64,000 nucleotides of DNA, taken from the NCBI GenBank assembly GCA_963727445.1, contig CAVSGI010000010.1:256001-320000 (forward strand), in the 5' to 3' direction. Below, one piece after another: positions 1 to 11,505 of the stretch. This DNA is from an uncultured delta proteobacterium. Its GTDB lineage: Bacteria; Myxococcota_A; Polyangia; Polyangiales; B10-G4. Position 1 is the first letter of the stretch. Every line of letters starts with the position of its first letter. The notes beneath the pieces are model-generated. The model saw only the letters and a list, made by a program, of their open reading frames with translations. It was not told the DNA's origin and did not search any database. The translations under genes and the position numbers were made by a program.

Positions 1-154
1 CCATCACGGTGGGATAGCGCTTCGTTCCCTCGTCGTAGCTCGGCGGCAGATAGGTGAGCACCTCGCGGCGCGTGGGGTCACCGAGGATGTTTCCTTCGAG
101 GAGCTCGCTCTCGATCGTGGTGACGCAGAGCGTGCCGCGAAGCGGCGCCTTCAC
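1..154 (-). CDS. Esterase / alpha-beta hydrolase-fold protein (5' part only; runs off the window)
   Basis: GTG overlaps the argS TGA. Translation VKAPLRGTLCVTTIESELLEGNILGDPTRREVLTYLPPSYDEGTKRYPTVM is a typical esterase N-terminus (YLPPSY...RYP). Confidence 0.65.
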   Translation of the reverse strand, partial: MKAPLRGTLCVTTIESELLEGNILGDPTRREVLTYLPPSYDEGTKRYPTVM

Positions 155-1908
155 ATCTGCTCCACGACGCGGATACCCAGCAGCGACAAGCCGCGCTCGA
201 GCTGGCGCGCGGTCAGCGCGCAGAGGGCGAGGCGCGAGTCACGCGTGGCCCCTTCGGACTTCAAGACCGGGCACTTGTCATAGAAGGAGCTGTAGGCGCG
301 CGCGACCTCGTAGAGGTGCTCGCAGACGAGGTTCGGCAAGCACTTCTCGGCGGCGTCCTCGACGATCTGGCCGAAGCGCAGGAGCAGGCGTCCGAGGGCG
401 AGCTCGGCCGGCTCTTCGAGGTGAATCGGGCCCTTTGCGCTCTCGAGCGGCACGCCCGCGTTGGCGAAGATGCTCCGCACCCGCGCATACGCGTAGTTGA
501 TGTAGGGGCCGCTGTGGCCCGACAGGGAGATCATCTTCTCCCAGTCGAACTGGTAATCCGTGTTCCGGTTCTGGTGCAGGTCGGCGTACTTGATGGCGCC
601 GATGCCCAGCACCTCCGCGACCTGGTCGATGTCCGACGGGTCGATGCGCAGCTTCTCCTGGTTTTCCAGGATCAGCGCCTTGGCGCGCTCGACGCCCTCG
701 TCCAGGAGCGACTCCAGCGTGATCGCCTTTCCGTCGCGCGTCTTGATCGGCTTGCCGCGCTCGTCGAGCACCATCCCGAAGCCCACGTGCTCGAGGCGCA
801 TCTCCACGCCCATGAGCTTCACCGTGGTGAAGAGCTCCTCGAAGTGCTTGCCCTGGCGCTTGTCCACCACGTAGATGGCGCGGTCGGCGTGAAAGTGGTC
901 CCGCCGGTACAGCACCGTCGCGACGTCGGTGGTCGAGTAGAGATAGGCCCCGTCCTTCTTCCGGATGATGAAGGGCGTGGGCTCGCCGTCGGCGTTGCGC
1001 TGCTCGCGGAGCTTCTTGGGCACGACGTCCGCGTCCTTGTCGTGCCAGAAGACGCAGATCGCTCCGTCGTCCCCGCGCGCGATGCCCTCGTCCAGGAGCA
1101 GGTCGACCACGCCTGGCAGCGCGTCGTGGTACGCGCTCTCGCCGAGCCACTCGTCGAAGCTGACCCCGAGCTTGTCGTAGACGCGGTCGAGGGCGACACG
1201 CGTCGCCGAGACGAACCTCTTCCAGAGGGCGAGGTTGTCGGCGTCCCCCGCCTGGAGCTTCGCCAGCTCCGCCCGCGCCGACGCGGCGAAGGCCTCGTCG
1301 CTCTTCGCCTTGTCGCTCGCCAGCCGATAGACGCGCTCGAGCTCGACGATGGCGTCCTTCTCGAGCGCCGCTTCGTCGCCCCACTCGCGCATCCCCACGA
1401 TGAGCAGCCCGAACTGCGTGCCCCAATCGCCGAGGTGGTTGTCGCCGATGACCTCGTGGCCGATGGCGCGGAGCAGATGACAGATGGCGTCGCCGATGAT
1501 CGTCGAGCGCAGGTGCCCCACGTGCATCTGCTTGGCGATGTTCGGGCTCGAGAAGTCGACGACGATCTTCTCGGGCGCCTCCGCCTTCTCGATCCCCAGC
1601 CGTTCGTCCGCCAGGTCCTCGCTCAGGCGCGCGGCGATCCAAGCCGGATCGAGGTGCAGGTTCACGAAGCCGGGCCCCGCGACCTCGGCCGAGAGGATCG
1701 CCTCTTCCTCGGCGAGCGCCTCGGCGAGTGGCGCTGCGATCTCTCGCGGCGCCTTCTTCAGCTTCTTCGCGAGCGGCATCGCCGCGTTGATCTGATAGTC
1801 GCCGTGCTTTTCGTCCTTGGCCGCGCGCAGGAGCGCGGGCGCCTTCTCGCCGGTGGTCTCTTCGATGACCCGGGAGGCGAGCGCATCCAGATGCCGTTCG
1901 ATCCGCAT
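151..1908 (-). CDS. argS: Arginine--tRNA ligase
   Basis: DFSSPNIAKQMHVGHLRSTIIGD (HIGH motif), NHLGDWGTQFG, C-terminal DALR-type domain (YAYARVRSI...FYDKCPVL). Confidence 0.97.
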   Translation of the reverse strand: MRIERHLDALASRVIEETTGEKAPALLRAAKDEKHGDYQINAAMPLAKKLKKAPREIAAPLAEALAEEEAILSAEVAGPGFVNLHLDPAWIAARLSEDLADERLGIEKAEAPEKIVVDFSSPNIAKQMHVGHLRSTIIGDAICHLLRAIGHEVIGDNHLGDWGTQFGLLIVGMREWGDEAALEKDAIVELERVYRLASDKAKSDEAFAASARAELAKLQAGDADNLALWKRFVSATRVALDRVYDKLGVSFDEWLGESAYHDALPGVVDLLLDEGIARGDDGAICVFWHDKDADVVPKKLREQRNADGEPTPFIIRKKDGAYLYSTTDVATVLYRRDHFHADRAIYVVDKRQGKHFEELFTTVKLMGVEMRLEHVGFGMVLDERGKPIKTRDGKAITLESLLDEGVERAKALILENQEKLRIDPSDIDQVAEVLGIGAIKYADLHQNRNTDYQFDWEKMISLSGHSGPYINYAYARVRSIFANAGVPLESAKGPIHLEEPAELALGRLLLRFGQIVEDAAEKCLPNLVCEHLYEVARAYSSFYDKCPVLKSEGATRDSRLALCALTARQLERGLSLLGIRVVEQM

Positions 1909-1920
1909 GCGCGCTCTGTA

Positions 1921-3363
1921 TCAGGGGTGGATGTAGCGCACCAGCAGGCCGTCGGTGAGGTCGGGCATGTCGCAGCTGAAATCGTTGTAGTCGGTGGCCG
2001 AGCCCTGGATTCCGGCGGCCGCGCTGGCGCCTGCGTCGTAGGTGGCGTCCCCGACGTTGGTGTCGACGTAGCAGACCTGGATGTCGTTCGACCCCTCGGT
2101 GAGGACCACGGTGAAGACGAGGTTGGTGGTGCCGCCGAAGAAGCGCGCCGTGTCCCACTGGACGATGAGCTCGTGGCTGCCGGCGCCTCCACGGGTCTCG
2201 TACCAGACATTGCTTCCCGACGTGGTGGGGTCGAGGTCGTCCCAGAACGCCGCGATGAAGGTCTCGGGCGAGAAGGTGCTGGTGGACGGCCAGGGGCAGG
2301 ACAGGCCGGTGCTGAGGTCGCCGGTGCCGAAGCTGAGCCCGCCGTTCGACTCGATGTTCACCATCGAATACGAGGTCCCGTAGAAGTCGAAGTCGAAGCC
2401 GATGGGCACGGCCGTGTAATCGTCGTCGCCGAGGCTGGTCGCCGTGCCCGTGCTGCTGATGTCGGGGCAGGGCAGGGTGGGCGGCGTGTAGGAGCAGCCG
2501 GTGTAGCCGAAGGTGTCGCTCCCGAAGGGGACGCAGGGGTTGCTGCCGCAGTAACCCATGGTGCAGGTGCTGGCCATGCAATCCCGCGCGCGGCTGCACA
2601 TGCGGAAGTCTGCGCAGCGCGGGCACCCGGCGCTCAGGGGGCCTCCGCAGTCGATGTCCGTCTCCGAGCCGTTCATCACCCCGTCGACGCAGGACGGCAT
2701 CTGGCACTCACCACCCATGCAACTACCGGTCTCGCAGTCGCTGCCCACCGAGCACATGTCGCCCACCGGGCACCGGTCGCTGCACATGGAGCCGCCACAG
2801 TCGATGTCCGTCTCGTCCCGGTTCAGGACGCCGTCGGTGCACGAGGGGACGTGGCAGGTGTTGTCCGGGTCGCAGATCATGCTCGAGCAGTCGGAATCCA
2901 TCATGCACATGTCGCCGGGCGGGCAGCCCATGCAGGAGCCGCCGCAGTCGAGGTCGGTCTCGGTGCCGTCCTGAATGCCGTTGGTGCAGGAGGGGGGCTG
3001 GCAGCGACCGATGATGCAGATGCCCGAGGCGCACTCGGAGCTGGCAGTGCACGCCGCGCCGACTGGAAGACCGCCATCGCTGAGCGCATCGGCGGTGGCG
3101 TCCATCGAGGCGTCCATGGTGGCGTCGCCGGTCATGCCGGAGTCGGCCGTCCCGGTGTCCATGGTGCTGGAGTCCGTGGTGCCCGTGTCGAGGGTGCCGG
3201 TGTCGGCGCCGGTCCCAGTGTCCACGATGCTGGTGTCCGCGGTGCTGGTGTCGCCAACGCCCGAGTCGAGGCTGGCGTCTCGGCCGGTCCCTCCGGTGGT
3301 ACAGCCGACCGCGCCGAACGCCGCGCCGAACAGCACGACGAGAAGAATCCGATTAAGAGTCAT
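1921..3363 (-). CDS. Cys-rich repeat lipoprotein with C-terminal nidogen(NIDO)-like domain
   Basis: Signal peptide and lipobox (MTLNRILLVVLFGAAFGAVGC), D/T-rich linker, three CxDGxxNxxETDxDCGG repeats, NIDO-like IGFDFDFYG...SNGGLSF...IAAFWDDL. Confidence 0.75.
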   Translation of the reverse strand: MTLNRILLVVLFGAAFGAVGCTTGGTGRDASLDSGVGDTSTADTSIVDTGTGADTGTLDTGTTDSSTMDTGTADSGMTGDATMDASMDATADALSDGGLPVGAACTASSECASGICIIGRCQPPSCTNGIQDGTETDLDCGGSCMGCPPGDMCMMDSDCSSMICDPDNTCHVPSCTDGVLNRDETDIDCGGSMCSDRCPVGDMCSVGSDCETGSCMGGECQMPSCVDGVMNGSETDIDCGGPLSAGCPRCADFRMCSRARDCMASTCTMGYCGSNPCVPFGSDTFGYTGCSYTPPTLPCPDISSTGTATSLGDDDYTAVPIGFDFDFYGTSYSMVNIESNGGLSFGTGDLSTGLSCPWPSTSTFSPETFIAAFWDDLDPTTSGSNVWYETRGGAGSHELIVQWDTARFFGGTTNLVFTVVLTEGSNDIQVCYVDTNVGDATYDAGASAAAGIQGSATDYNDFSCDMPDLTDGLLVRYIHP

Positions 3364-3479
3364 CGAAGCGCTCCAAAGCATCTCGCCGAGGCGAGGAGGG
3401 GCGGGATAGCACGATTGCTCCGGGATGCATTCCGACGCGCTTCCGCTATAGTGCCGCGCCCTCTTGGAGAGACTTAACG

Positions 3480-5177
3480 ATGGCCGCAACTCTTGATCCT
3501 CGGCGACTCGCCCTCGCGCTGGCACTCACCTGCTTCGTCCTGCTCCTCTCGCTGTCCGCGAGCGCACAGGCCCCGCTCCTCACCGGCCTCGGTGGCGCGC
3601 GCGATTTCGGCACCGAGTGCCTGTCGCCAAACGACGACAGCTCGTCGTCGATCATCGACCTCACGCCCGCCTTCCCCTCCGGGCTCGACTTCTACGGTCG
3701 GCGCCACACGTCTGCGTACGTCAACACCAACGGCAACATCTCCTTCACCGAGTCGCTCTTCGAGTACACCCCCGATCCCTTCCCGATCGCCGACCAGCCG
3801 ATGATCGCGCCCTACTGGGCCGACGTGGACATCCGCGGTGCAGCCTGCTCCGGCTTCGACGGCTCCCTCGGTTGCTCCGATCCGATGGACAACGGCGTGT
3901 GGTGGCACCTCGAGGACGGCCTGATGGTCGTGACCTGGAACGACGTCGGTTACTTCGCCTGTCACGACGACAAGAAGATGAACTTCCAGCTCATCCTCAG
4001 CGCCGCCACCGACGGCTGCGGCGCCGGGGGCGACTTCGACGTGGAGTTCCGTTTCAACCGCTGCGAGTGGCACACCGGCGACGCCAGCGGCGGCGCCGAC
4101 GGCTTCTGCGATCCGATGCCGGGCTTCGACACCTGCGTCCCGGCTCAGTCCGGCTTCGACGCCGGCAACCTGACGGACTTCGTCGAGATCATGGGCTCGC
4201 GCACCGAGATGATCCACACCATCCTCTGCACCGAGTCGAACGTGGACGAGCCGGGCGTGTGGCGTTTCCAGATCCGCTCCGGATCCGTCATCTGCCCGGA
4301 GGCCGGCGACACCTGTGACACCGGCATGACCGGCGTCTGCGGCGACGGGCTCACGCAGTGCGTCGGCTCCGGCATCTCCTGCCTGCCCATCATCGGGGCC
4401 TCCGACGAGGTCTGCGACTCTCTCGACAACGACTGCGACGGGATGACCGACGAGGGCGACGGAATCTGCGGCGAGCTCTCGGTCTGCGAGCGCGGCGTCT
4501 GCACGCCCCTGTGCTTCGAGGGCGGCTGCCCCGATGGGCAGATCTGCAACAGCGCCGGCCGCTGTCTGGACGAGGGCTGCGACGGGGTGGAGTGCGACGA
4601 GGGCCAGCGCTGCATGGCGGGCAGCTGCGTCGATGCCTGTGAAGGCGTCGTCTGTCCCGAGCCCCTCTCCTGCCGCTCGGGTCAGTGCCTCGACATCTGC
4701 GCGACCCTGACCTGCGACGACTGCACCGTCTGCGACGACGGCGCCTGCGTGCCCCGCTGCCCCGACACGCCCTGCGAATCGGGGATGGAGTGCAACGCCG
4801 AGGGCCGCTGCGTGCCCTCCGGCTGCTCCACCGTCACCTGCCCGGCCGGCCAGGCGTGCGCGGGCGGCACCTGTCAGGACGCCTGCATCGGCGCGGTCTG
4901 CCCGCCCGGTCAGGAATGCGCCATGGGCGCCTGCGCCCCGATCAATCGCCCGATGCCCGACGCCGGGATGGGGGGCGACGCTGGCACCATCGACGCCGGG
5001 CCGGACGCCACCCTCTGCCCCATCGGCTTCGACTGCAGCGATGGCGGAATGGAAATGCGCGCCCGCGACAGCGGCTGCGGCTGCGCCACGCCCGGCCTGT
5101 CCCCGACCGGCAACCCGCCCTTGTGGGCGCTGGCCCTCTTCCTGGCCTTCGCCGCCCTGCGCTTCCGCCGCCCCTGA
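3480..5177 (+). CDS. Nidogen-like domain, Cys-rich, MYXO-CTERM surface protein
   Basis: Signal peptide, NDD...FYG...YVNTNGNISF...IAPYWADVD, many Cys repeats, C-terminal GCGC + hydrophobic segment + RFRRP. Confidence 0.8.
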   Translation: MAATLDPRRLALALALTCFVLLLSLSASAQAPLLTGLGGARDFGTECLSPNDDSSSSIIDLTPAFPSGLDFYGRRHTSAYVNTNGNISFTESLFEYTPDPFPIADQPMIAPYWADVDIRGAACSGFDGSLGCSDPMDNGVWWHLEDGLMVVTWNDVGYFACHDDKKMNFQLILSAATDGCGAGGDFDVEFRFNRCEWHTGDASGGADGFCDPMPGFDTCVPAQSGFDAGNLTDFVEIMGSRTEMIHTILCTESNVDEPGVWRFQIRSGSVICPEAGDTCDTGMTGVCGDGLTQCVGSGISCLPIIGASDEVCDSLDNDCDGMTDEGDGICGELSVCERGVCTPLCFEGGCPDGQICNSAGRCLDEGCDGVECDEGQRCMAGSCVDACEGVVCPEPLSCRSGQCLDICATLTCDDCTVCDDGACVPRCPDTPCESGMECNAEGRCVPSGCSTVTCPAGQACAGGTCQDACIGAVCPPGQECAMGACAPINRPMPDAGMGGDAGTIDAGPDATLCPIGFDCSDGGMEMRARDSGCGCATPGLSPTGNPPLWALALFLAFAALRFRRP

Positions 5178-5192
5178 GGTGAAAAGGGCCTA

Positions 5193-5221
5193 TTGACGCG
5201 GCGCAGCACTGGGACTACTTC
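5193..5221 (+). promoter_or_regulatory. Putative sigma70-type promoter of the acyl-CoA dehydrogenase operon
   Basis: TTGACG-N17-TACTTC upstream of the GGAGG RBS and GTG start. Confidence 0.35.
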
Positions 5222-5275
5222 TCTGAATGGCGATTCACTCGGTGGCTCGCCGGTCCCCATTCGGAGGTCTCCCCC

Positions 5276-7116
<1,841 letters not shown>

Positions 7117-7117
<1 letters not shown>

Positions 7118-7734
7118 TGAGCGGATCGCCCCGCGCCTCGTCCAAGAGCGTCGAGATCTACTACGACGTCGTGTGCCCCTACGCGTATCTGGGCTCGACC
7201 CAGATCGCGTCGGTGGCGGCGCGCGCGGGGGCGGAGGTCGTGTGGAAGCCGTTCCTCCTGGGCGGCGTCCTCAAGGCGCTCGGCAACCTCGACCCGAACG
7301 AAGCCATGAGCGAGGCCAAGAAGCGTCACAACTTCCTCGACATGCGCCGCTGGGCGGCGTTCTTCGAGGTGCCGCTCTCGATCCCCGAGGCGCATCCGCG
7401 GCGCACGGTCCTCGCCATGCGCGCGCTCCTCGCCGCAGGTGTCGAGGCGCGCGTGCCGGCGACGCGCGCGCTCTTCGAGAGCTACTGGGTGCGGGGCGAG
7501 GACGTGACCGACCCATCCGTCGTCGCCGAGGCGCTCGGCCGTGCGGGCGTCGACGGCGACGCGTGCGTGGCGCGCGCGAGCGACGACGCCATCAAGATGG
7601 AGCTACGGACCCGCACCGACGAGGCGCTCGCACGCGGCGTCTTCGGCGCACCGACTTTCTTCGTAGGTGACGAGATGTTCTGGGGACAGGATCGCCTCGG
7701 ATTCGTCGAGCGCGCGCTTCGCCGCGAGGGGTAG
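7117..7734 (+). CDS. 2-hydroxychromene-2-carboxylate isomerase / DsbA family protein
   Basis: ATG overlaps the upstream TGA; YYDVVCPYAYLG, GVFGAPTFFV, FWGQDRL. Confidence 0.88.
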
Positions 7735-7770
7735 TCACCCGATCGTTTTCCGGTACCATCCGCCGCTTCG

Positions 7771-8733
7771 ATGCTGGTACCCGAGAAACACACCTGGCTC
7801 CGCATCATCCTCTACACGCGCGGAACGCCCATCCGCGACATGTGGCGGCGCTGGCTGACGGTGACGCTCACCGCGTTCGTGATCACCTACATGGAGGTGA
7901 AGCTCGACTTCTTCAATCTCGAGCTCACCATCGTTCCCTTCTCTCTCGTCGGCCTCGCGCTCTCGATCTTCCTCGGGTTCCGCAACAACGCCAGCTACGA
8001 CCGCTTCTGGGAGGGCCGCAAGCTCTGGGGGAAGCTGGTCAACAACGCCCGCACCATGGCGCGCGAGCACCAGATGCTCATCGGGCCCGTGCCGGAGCGT
8101 GACGGTGGCGAGGCGAACGTCGCGTCGGCCGAGGAGATCCGCGAGATCCACCGCGGCCTCACCTACGCGATGATGGGCTACGTGCACGCCCTGAGGCTGC
8201 ACCTGCGCGGACAGAAGCACCTCGACGAGCTCGCGCCTTTCCTCGCTCCCGAGCTGATGACGCAGCTCGAGGACAGCCACAACCGCCCGATCACCATCCT
8301 CGAGCACATCGGCGCGAGGTATCGCGAGCTCTGGCAGCGCGGCCTCGTCCACGTGATGCACCTGCCGCGACTCGAGGCCTGCCTCGAGATCAACGCCGAC
8401 GTCCAGGGCGGCTGCGAGCGCATCCTCAAGACGCCCGTGCCCTACGCCTACACGGTGCTCCTCCACCGCATCGTCGCGGTCTACTGCTTCATGCTCCCCT
8501 TCGGGCTCGTCCAGAGCCTCGGCATGGTCACGCCGGCGGTCGTCGCCTTCGTCGCCTATGCCTTCCTCGGCCTCGACGCGCTCGGTGACTCCCTCGAAGA
8601 GCCCTTCGGCTTCGACGATGGCGACCTGCCGCTGACGCAGCTCAGCCGGATGATCGAGATCAACCTCCGGCAGGCCCTCGGCGAGACCGACCTGCCACCC
8701 GCGATCGAGCCGCTGAACGACGTCCTGCCGTAG
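7771..8733 (+). CDS. Bestrophin-family (YneE/RFP-TM) ion channel
   Basis: FLGFRNNASYDRFWEGRKLWG, GGCERILKTPVP, LEEPFG...DLPL. Confidence 0.92.
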   Translation: MLVPEKHTWLRIILYTRGTPIRDMWRRWLTVTLTAFVITYMEVKLDFFNLELTIVPFSLVGLALSIFLGFRNNASYDRFWEGRKLWGKLVNNARTMAREHQMLIGPVPERDGGEANVASAEEIREIHRGLTYAMMGYVHALRLHLRGQKHLDELAPFLAPELMTQLEDSHNRPITILEHIGARYRELWQRGLVHVMHLPRLEACLEINADVQGGCERILKTPVPYAYTVLLHRIVAVYCFMLPFGLVQSLGMVTPAVVAFVAYAFLGLDALGDSLEEPFGFDDGDLPLTQLSRMIEINLRQALGETDLPPAIEPLNDVLP

Positions 8734-8763
8734 CACGGTGATGACAAAGCCCTCGGGCTCCTG

Positions 8764-8786
8764 CCCGTGCCCGTGCCCGTGCCCGA
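8764..8786. repeat. (GCCCGT)n hexamer microsatellite between convergent genes
   Basis: gcccgtgcccgtgcccgtgcccg read directly. Confidence 0.7.
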
Positions 8787-8797
8787 CGCCTGCCGCA

Positions 8798-9514
8798 TCA
8801 GGCGGCGGCTGCGATGTCGGCGACGTAATAGGCTGCGTACGCCGGGACCGGCTCGACGTTCAGCTCGTTGCGGACCTCGTCGAGCGGCCGCGACAGGAGC
8901 GATTCCCAGTGCACGACCGGGAAGAAGGCCGCGTTTCTGGCGCGCAGGAACGCGGCCTTGACCAGCCGGCGTCCTTCGCCGCCGAGCTCCTTCGGGAGCG
9001 TGAAGGAGCGGGCATAGCCCGCGAGGGTGAGCACCGCGACGCCGACGCTCTCGGTCTGGGCGGTGGTGAAGGCGAGGATGGCGAGCTCGCCCGCGAGATC
9101 GGTGCGGCAGCCGACCACGACGTGCCAGAGATCGTGCGCGTCGCGCATGCGGTCCGCGACGTAGCGCACCTCGGGATCGATCCCGGGGTCCACGTCGTCG
9201 AAGTGACTCGCGTCCACGAGGCCGCCGGGAGTGATCCCCTCCGCGTCGCAGAACGCGAGATAGGCGCGCCCGAGGCTGCCCTCGGGCATCGCCGCGAGCG
9301 CCTCCCGGTCCTCGAGCTTGGACAGCAGGGAAGGGCGCTCGCTCAGCAGCAGCCGTCCCTTCGGCGACTGGCGGAAACGGGCGTGAAGCCGGTCGAGCCC
9401 CCCCGCGTCGACGGCGCGGATGATCCGGAACGCCTCCTCGGTTCGGGTCGGATCGGTGAGGATGCCTCGGACCCCCCGAAGCGCTTCCAACGGACGAAAA
9501 TTCTCGTTTTCCAT
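8798..9514 (-). CDS. Coq4-family protein
   Basis: LAAMPEGSLGRAY, HDLWHVV...GELAILAF (HDxxH...E metal motif). Confidence 0.85.
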   Translation of the reverse strand: MENENFRPLEALRGVRGILTDPTRTEEAFRIIRAVDAGGLDRLHARFRQSPKGRLLLSERPSLLSKLEDREALAAMPEGSLGRAYLAFCDAEGITPGGLVDASHFDDVDPGIDPEVRYVADRMRDAHDLWHVVVGCRTDLAGELAILAFTTAQTESVGVAVLTLAGYARSFTLPKELGGEGRRLVKAAFLRARNAAFFPVVHWESLLSRPLDEVRNELNVEPVPAYAAYYVADIAAAA

Positions 9515-9537
9515 GGTCTTTTTCCCCTGGTCAGGCG

Positions 9538-9568
9538 ACTTACGAGAGTGTAAGTTACAGCTCTGTAG
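9538..9568. promoter_or_regulatory. Candidate tandem TetR operator
   Basis: Palindrome ACTTAC-N6-GTAAGT (9538-9555) followed by TTAC-N6-GTAG (9555-9568), in the short divergent coq4/tetR gap. Confidence 0.55.
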
Positions 9569-9600
9569 GTAAGTCATCCGCTACAGGGGTCAAGGGCCAC

Positions 9601-10230
9601 ATGGCGAAAAAGCGAAAACGGCTCAGTGGGGAGGAGGCGCGGCAGCGGATCCTCGACGCCGCCGACGAGGAGCTGCGGAGGTCGGGGCCCGATGCCCTCA
9701 AGCTCACCACCCTCGCCAAGGAGCTCGGCGTGTCGCATCAGGCGATCCTCCATCACTTCGGCAGCCGCGATGGGTTGGTCGCGGCGGTGGTGCGGCGCGC
9801 CCTCGAGAGCCTCTGGGCGGAGCTCGCAGGTGGGCTCCGCGTTCTGGAGGATCACGAGCGCGGCACCGGCGTGCTCCTCGACCGCGCCTTCGAGGTGATG
9901 GTCGATGAGGGTCATGGGCGCCTCCTCACCTGGCTCGCCCTCGCCGACCCCGAGGGCGAGATGCAGAAGGAGGAGCCGCTCGCTTATCTCGCGCAGATGG
10001 CACACGCGATCCGCGAGCGCGACCACGGCGCCTCCGACCTGCGCGATACCACCTTCATGCTCATCATGCTCAGCCACGTGGTGCTGGGCATGAGCGTCTT
10101 CGAAAAGGGTGCCTTCGTGGCCGCCGGCCTGGCGGACGATCCCGATGCCACGGAGGCCTACCGCACCTGGGTTCGCGACCTGGTGGTGCGGCACTTCGAC
10201 GAGAAGCGAGGGCGCGATCCGAGCGCGTGA
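9601..10230 (+). CDS. TetR/AcrR family transcriptional regulator
   Basis: RQRILDAA...LTTLAKELGVSHQAILHHFGSRDGL N-terminal HTH. Confidence 0.92.
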   Translation: MAKKRKRLSGEEARQRILDAADEELRRSGPDALKLTTLAKELGVSHQAILHHFGSRDGLVAAVVRRALESLWAELAGGLRVLEDHERGTGVLLDRAFEVMVDEGHGRLLTWLALADPEGEMQKEEPLAYLAQMAHAIRERDHGASDLRDTTFMLIMLSHVVLGMSVFEKGAFVAAGLADDPDATEAYRTWVRDLVVRHFDEKRGRDPSA

Positions 10231-10233
10231 CGT

Positions 10234-11505
10234 TCACCCGGACGCGGCGCGCACGCGCGGGCACTCCGGATCGGGCGTGAAGGGGCTCGCCGCGCGCCCG
10301 GCGACCACGCGGCATCCGCCGCGGCAGCTCTGGACGAAGTCGCAGCTCGCGCAGGGCTCGGGCATCCGGGCGACGTAATCGCGAAAGCGCTCGAGGGTCT
10401 CCGAATCGCGCCACGCCTCGGCTGGCGGTCGCGGGTCCGCGTCGGTTTCCCAGAAGCTACAGGGCTTCACTGCGCCGCGGGCGTCCAGGGTCATCAGCGA
10501 GCGCCCCGGCTCGCAGCCCGAGACGGCGAAGCGCTCGAGATCCTCCGGGCGCACCTCGTGGCTCGCGGCGAGGAAGGGAACGAGGGCGCAGTCGATGCGG
10601 AGCGCGGGTGCGACGGCCTGAGCGAGCGCACGGAGCGTGGCGCCGAAGGCGTCCACCTGCCGTGGGGTGAGGCGCGAAGCGAGGTAGTCGAGGCGGCCGC
10701 GCCCGGAGGGCTTGAAGCGCAGGAGCTGGAGCTCGACGGCGCCGAGGGCTTCGGCGCCGCGGGCGATCTCCGCGAGGTGCGGATAGTTGTGGCGGGTGAG
10801 CACGGTGTTGACGCCGACCAGGATGCCGGCGGCGCTCAGATGCGCGATGGCGCGCTCGGCCACGGGCGCGCCGTCCCATCCACGCACGCCCTGGTAGAGC
10901 GCGGCAGGTCCGTCCCAGCTGACGTTGATCTGGGCGAAGGCCGTCAGGTCGCGGGCGCGCGCCTCGGTGATGCCGAGGCCGCTGGTGGTCATGGTGGGGG
11001 TGAGGCCGACCGCGCGCGCGTGGCGGGCGAGGGCACCGATGTCGCTGCGGAGCGCGGCTTCGCCGCCGCCGAAGGCGACGGAGAAGACGCGCATGGCGGC
11101 GAGGGCGTCGAGGCGCGCACAGAGCGCCTCGAAAGACGGCTCGTGACCCTCGGGCTTGGCGTCGGCGTAGCAGCCGGCACACCCTGCAGGACAGCGCTCG
11201 GTCGCGGCCACGTGCACCTCGGTGGGCGCGGTGAGCGCGCGCACCGCGAGCCCTGGATCCGCCTCGTCCCAGAGCGCGCCGGGATCGACGCCGATCTTCG
11301 CGGCGAGGACGCGGTCGACGGCGACCAGCGCCGGCGGGTGCGCGAGGGGAACGAGCGCGCCGAATTTCTCGGGCCGCGGCCTCCCGCTCGCGCTCCCGCT
11401 CCCGCTCCCGTTCCCGCTCCCGTTCCCGCTCCCGTTCCCGTTCCCGTTCCCGCTCCCGTTCCCGTTCCCACTCCCGTTCCCGTTCCCGTTCCCGTTCCCG
11501 TTCAC
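10234..11505 (-). CDS. Radical SAM / SPASM domain protein with N-terminal (GN/GS)n tract
   Basis: CPAGCAGC (CX3CX2C), FGGGE, SPASM cysteines CEPG...PC...CASC...CRGGC...DPECP. GTG start overlaps the stop of the upstream small ORF (GTGA). Confidence 0.9.
   Translation of the reverse strand: MNGNGNGNGNGSGNGNGSGNGNGNGSGNGSGNGSGSGSASGRPRPEKFGALVPLAHPPALVAVDRVLAAKIGVDPGALWDEADPGLAVRALTAPTEVHVAATERCPAGCAGCYADAKPEGHEPSFEALCARLDALAAMRVFSVAFGGGEAALRSDIGALARHARAVGLTPTMTTSGLGITEARARDLTAFAQINVSWDGPAALYQGVRGWDGAPVAERAIAHLSAAGILVGVNTVLTRHNYPHLAEIARGAEALGAVELQLLRFKPSGRGRLDYLASRLTPRQVDAFGATLRALAQAVAPALRIDCALVPFLAASHEVRPEDLERFAVSGCEPGRSLMTLDARGAVKPCSFWETDADPRPPAEAWRDSETLERFRDYVARMPEPCASCDFVQSCRGGCRVVAGRAASPFTPDPECPRVRAASG
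11380..11502. repeat. (TTCCCG/CTCCCG)n hexamer microsatellite
   Basis: About 20 tandem hexamers; encodes the GNGNGS tract of the radical SAM ORF. Confidence 0.9.

Noticed and set aside
278..3477. Very long overlapping or antisense ORFs (for example 316-3477, 278-2707, 33013-35595, 55194-58259)
   Set aside because: Shadow frames typical of high-GC DNA; Arg/Pro-rich or antisense to well-supported genes, apart from the kinase N-terminus at 57174.
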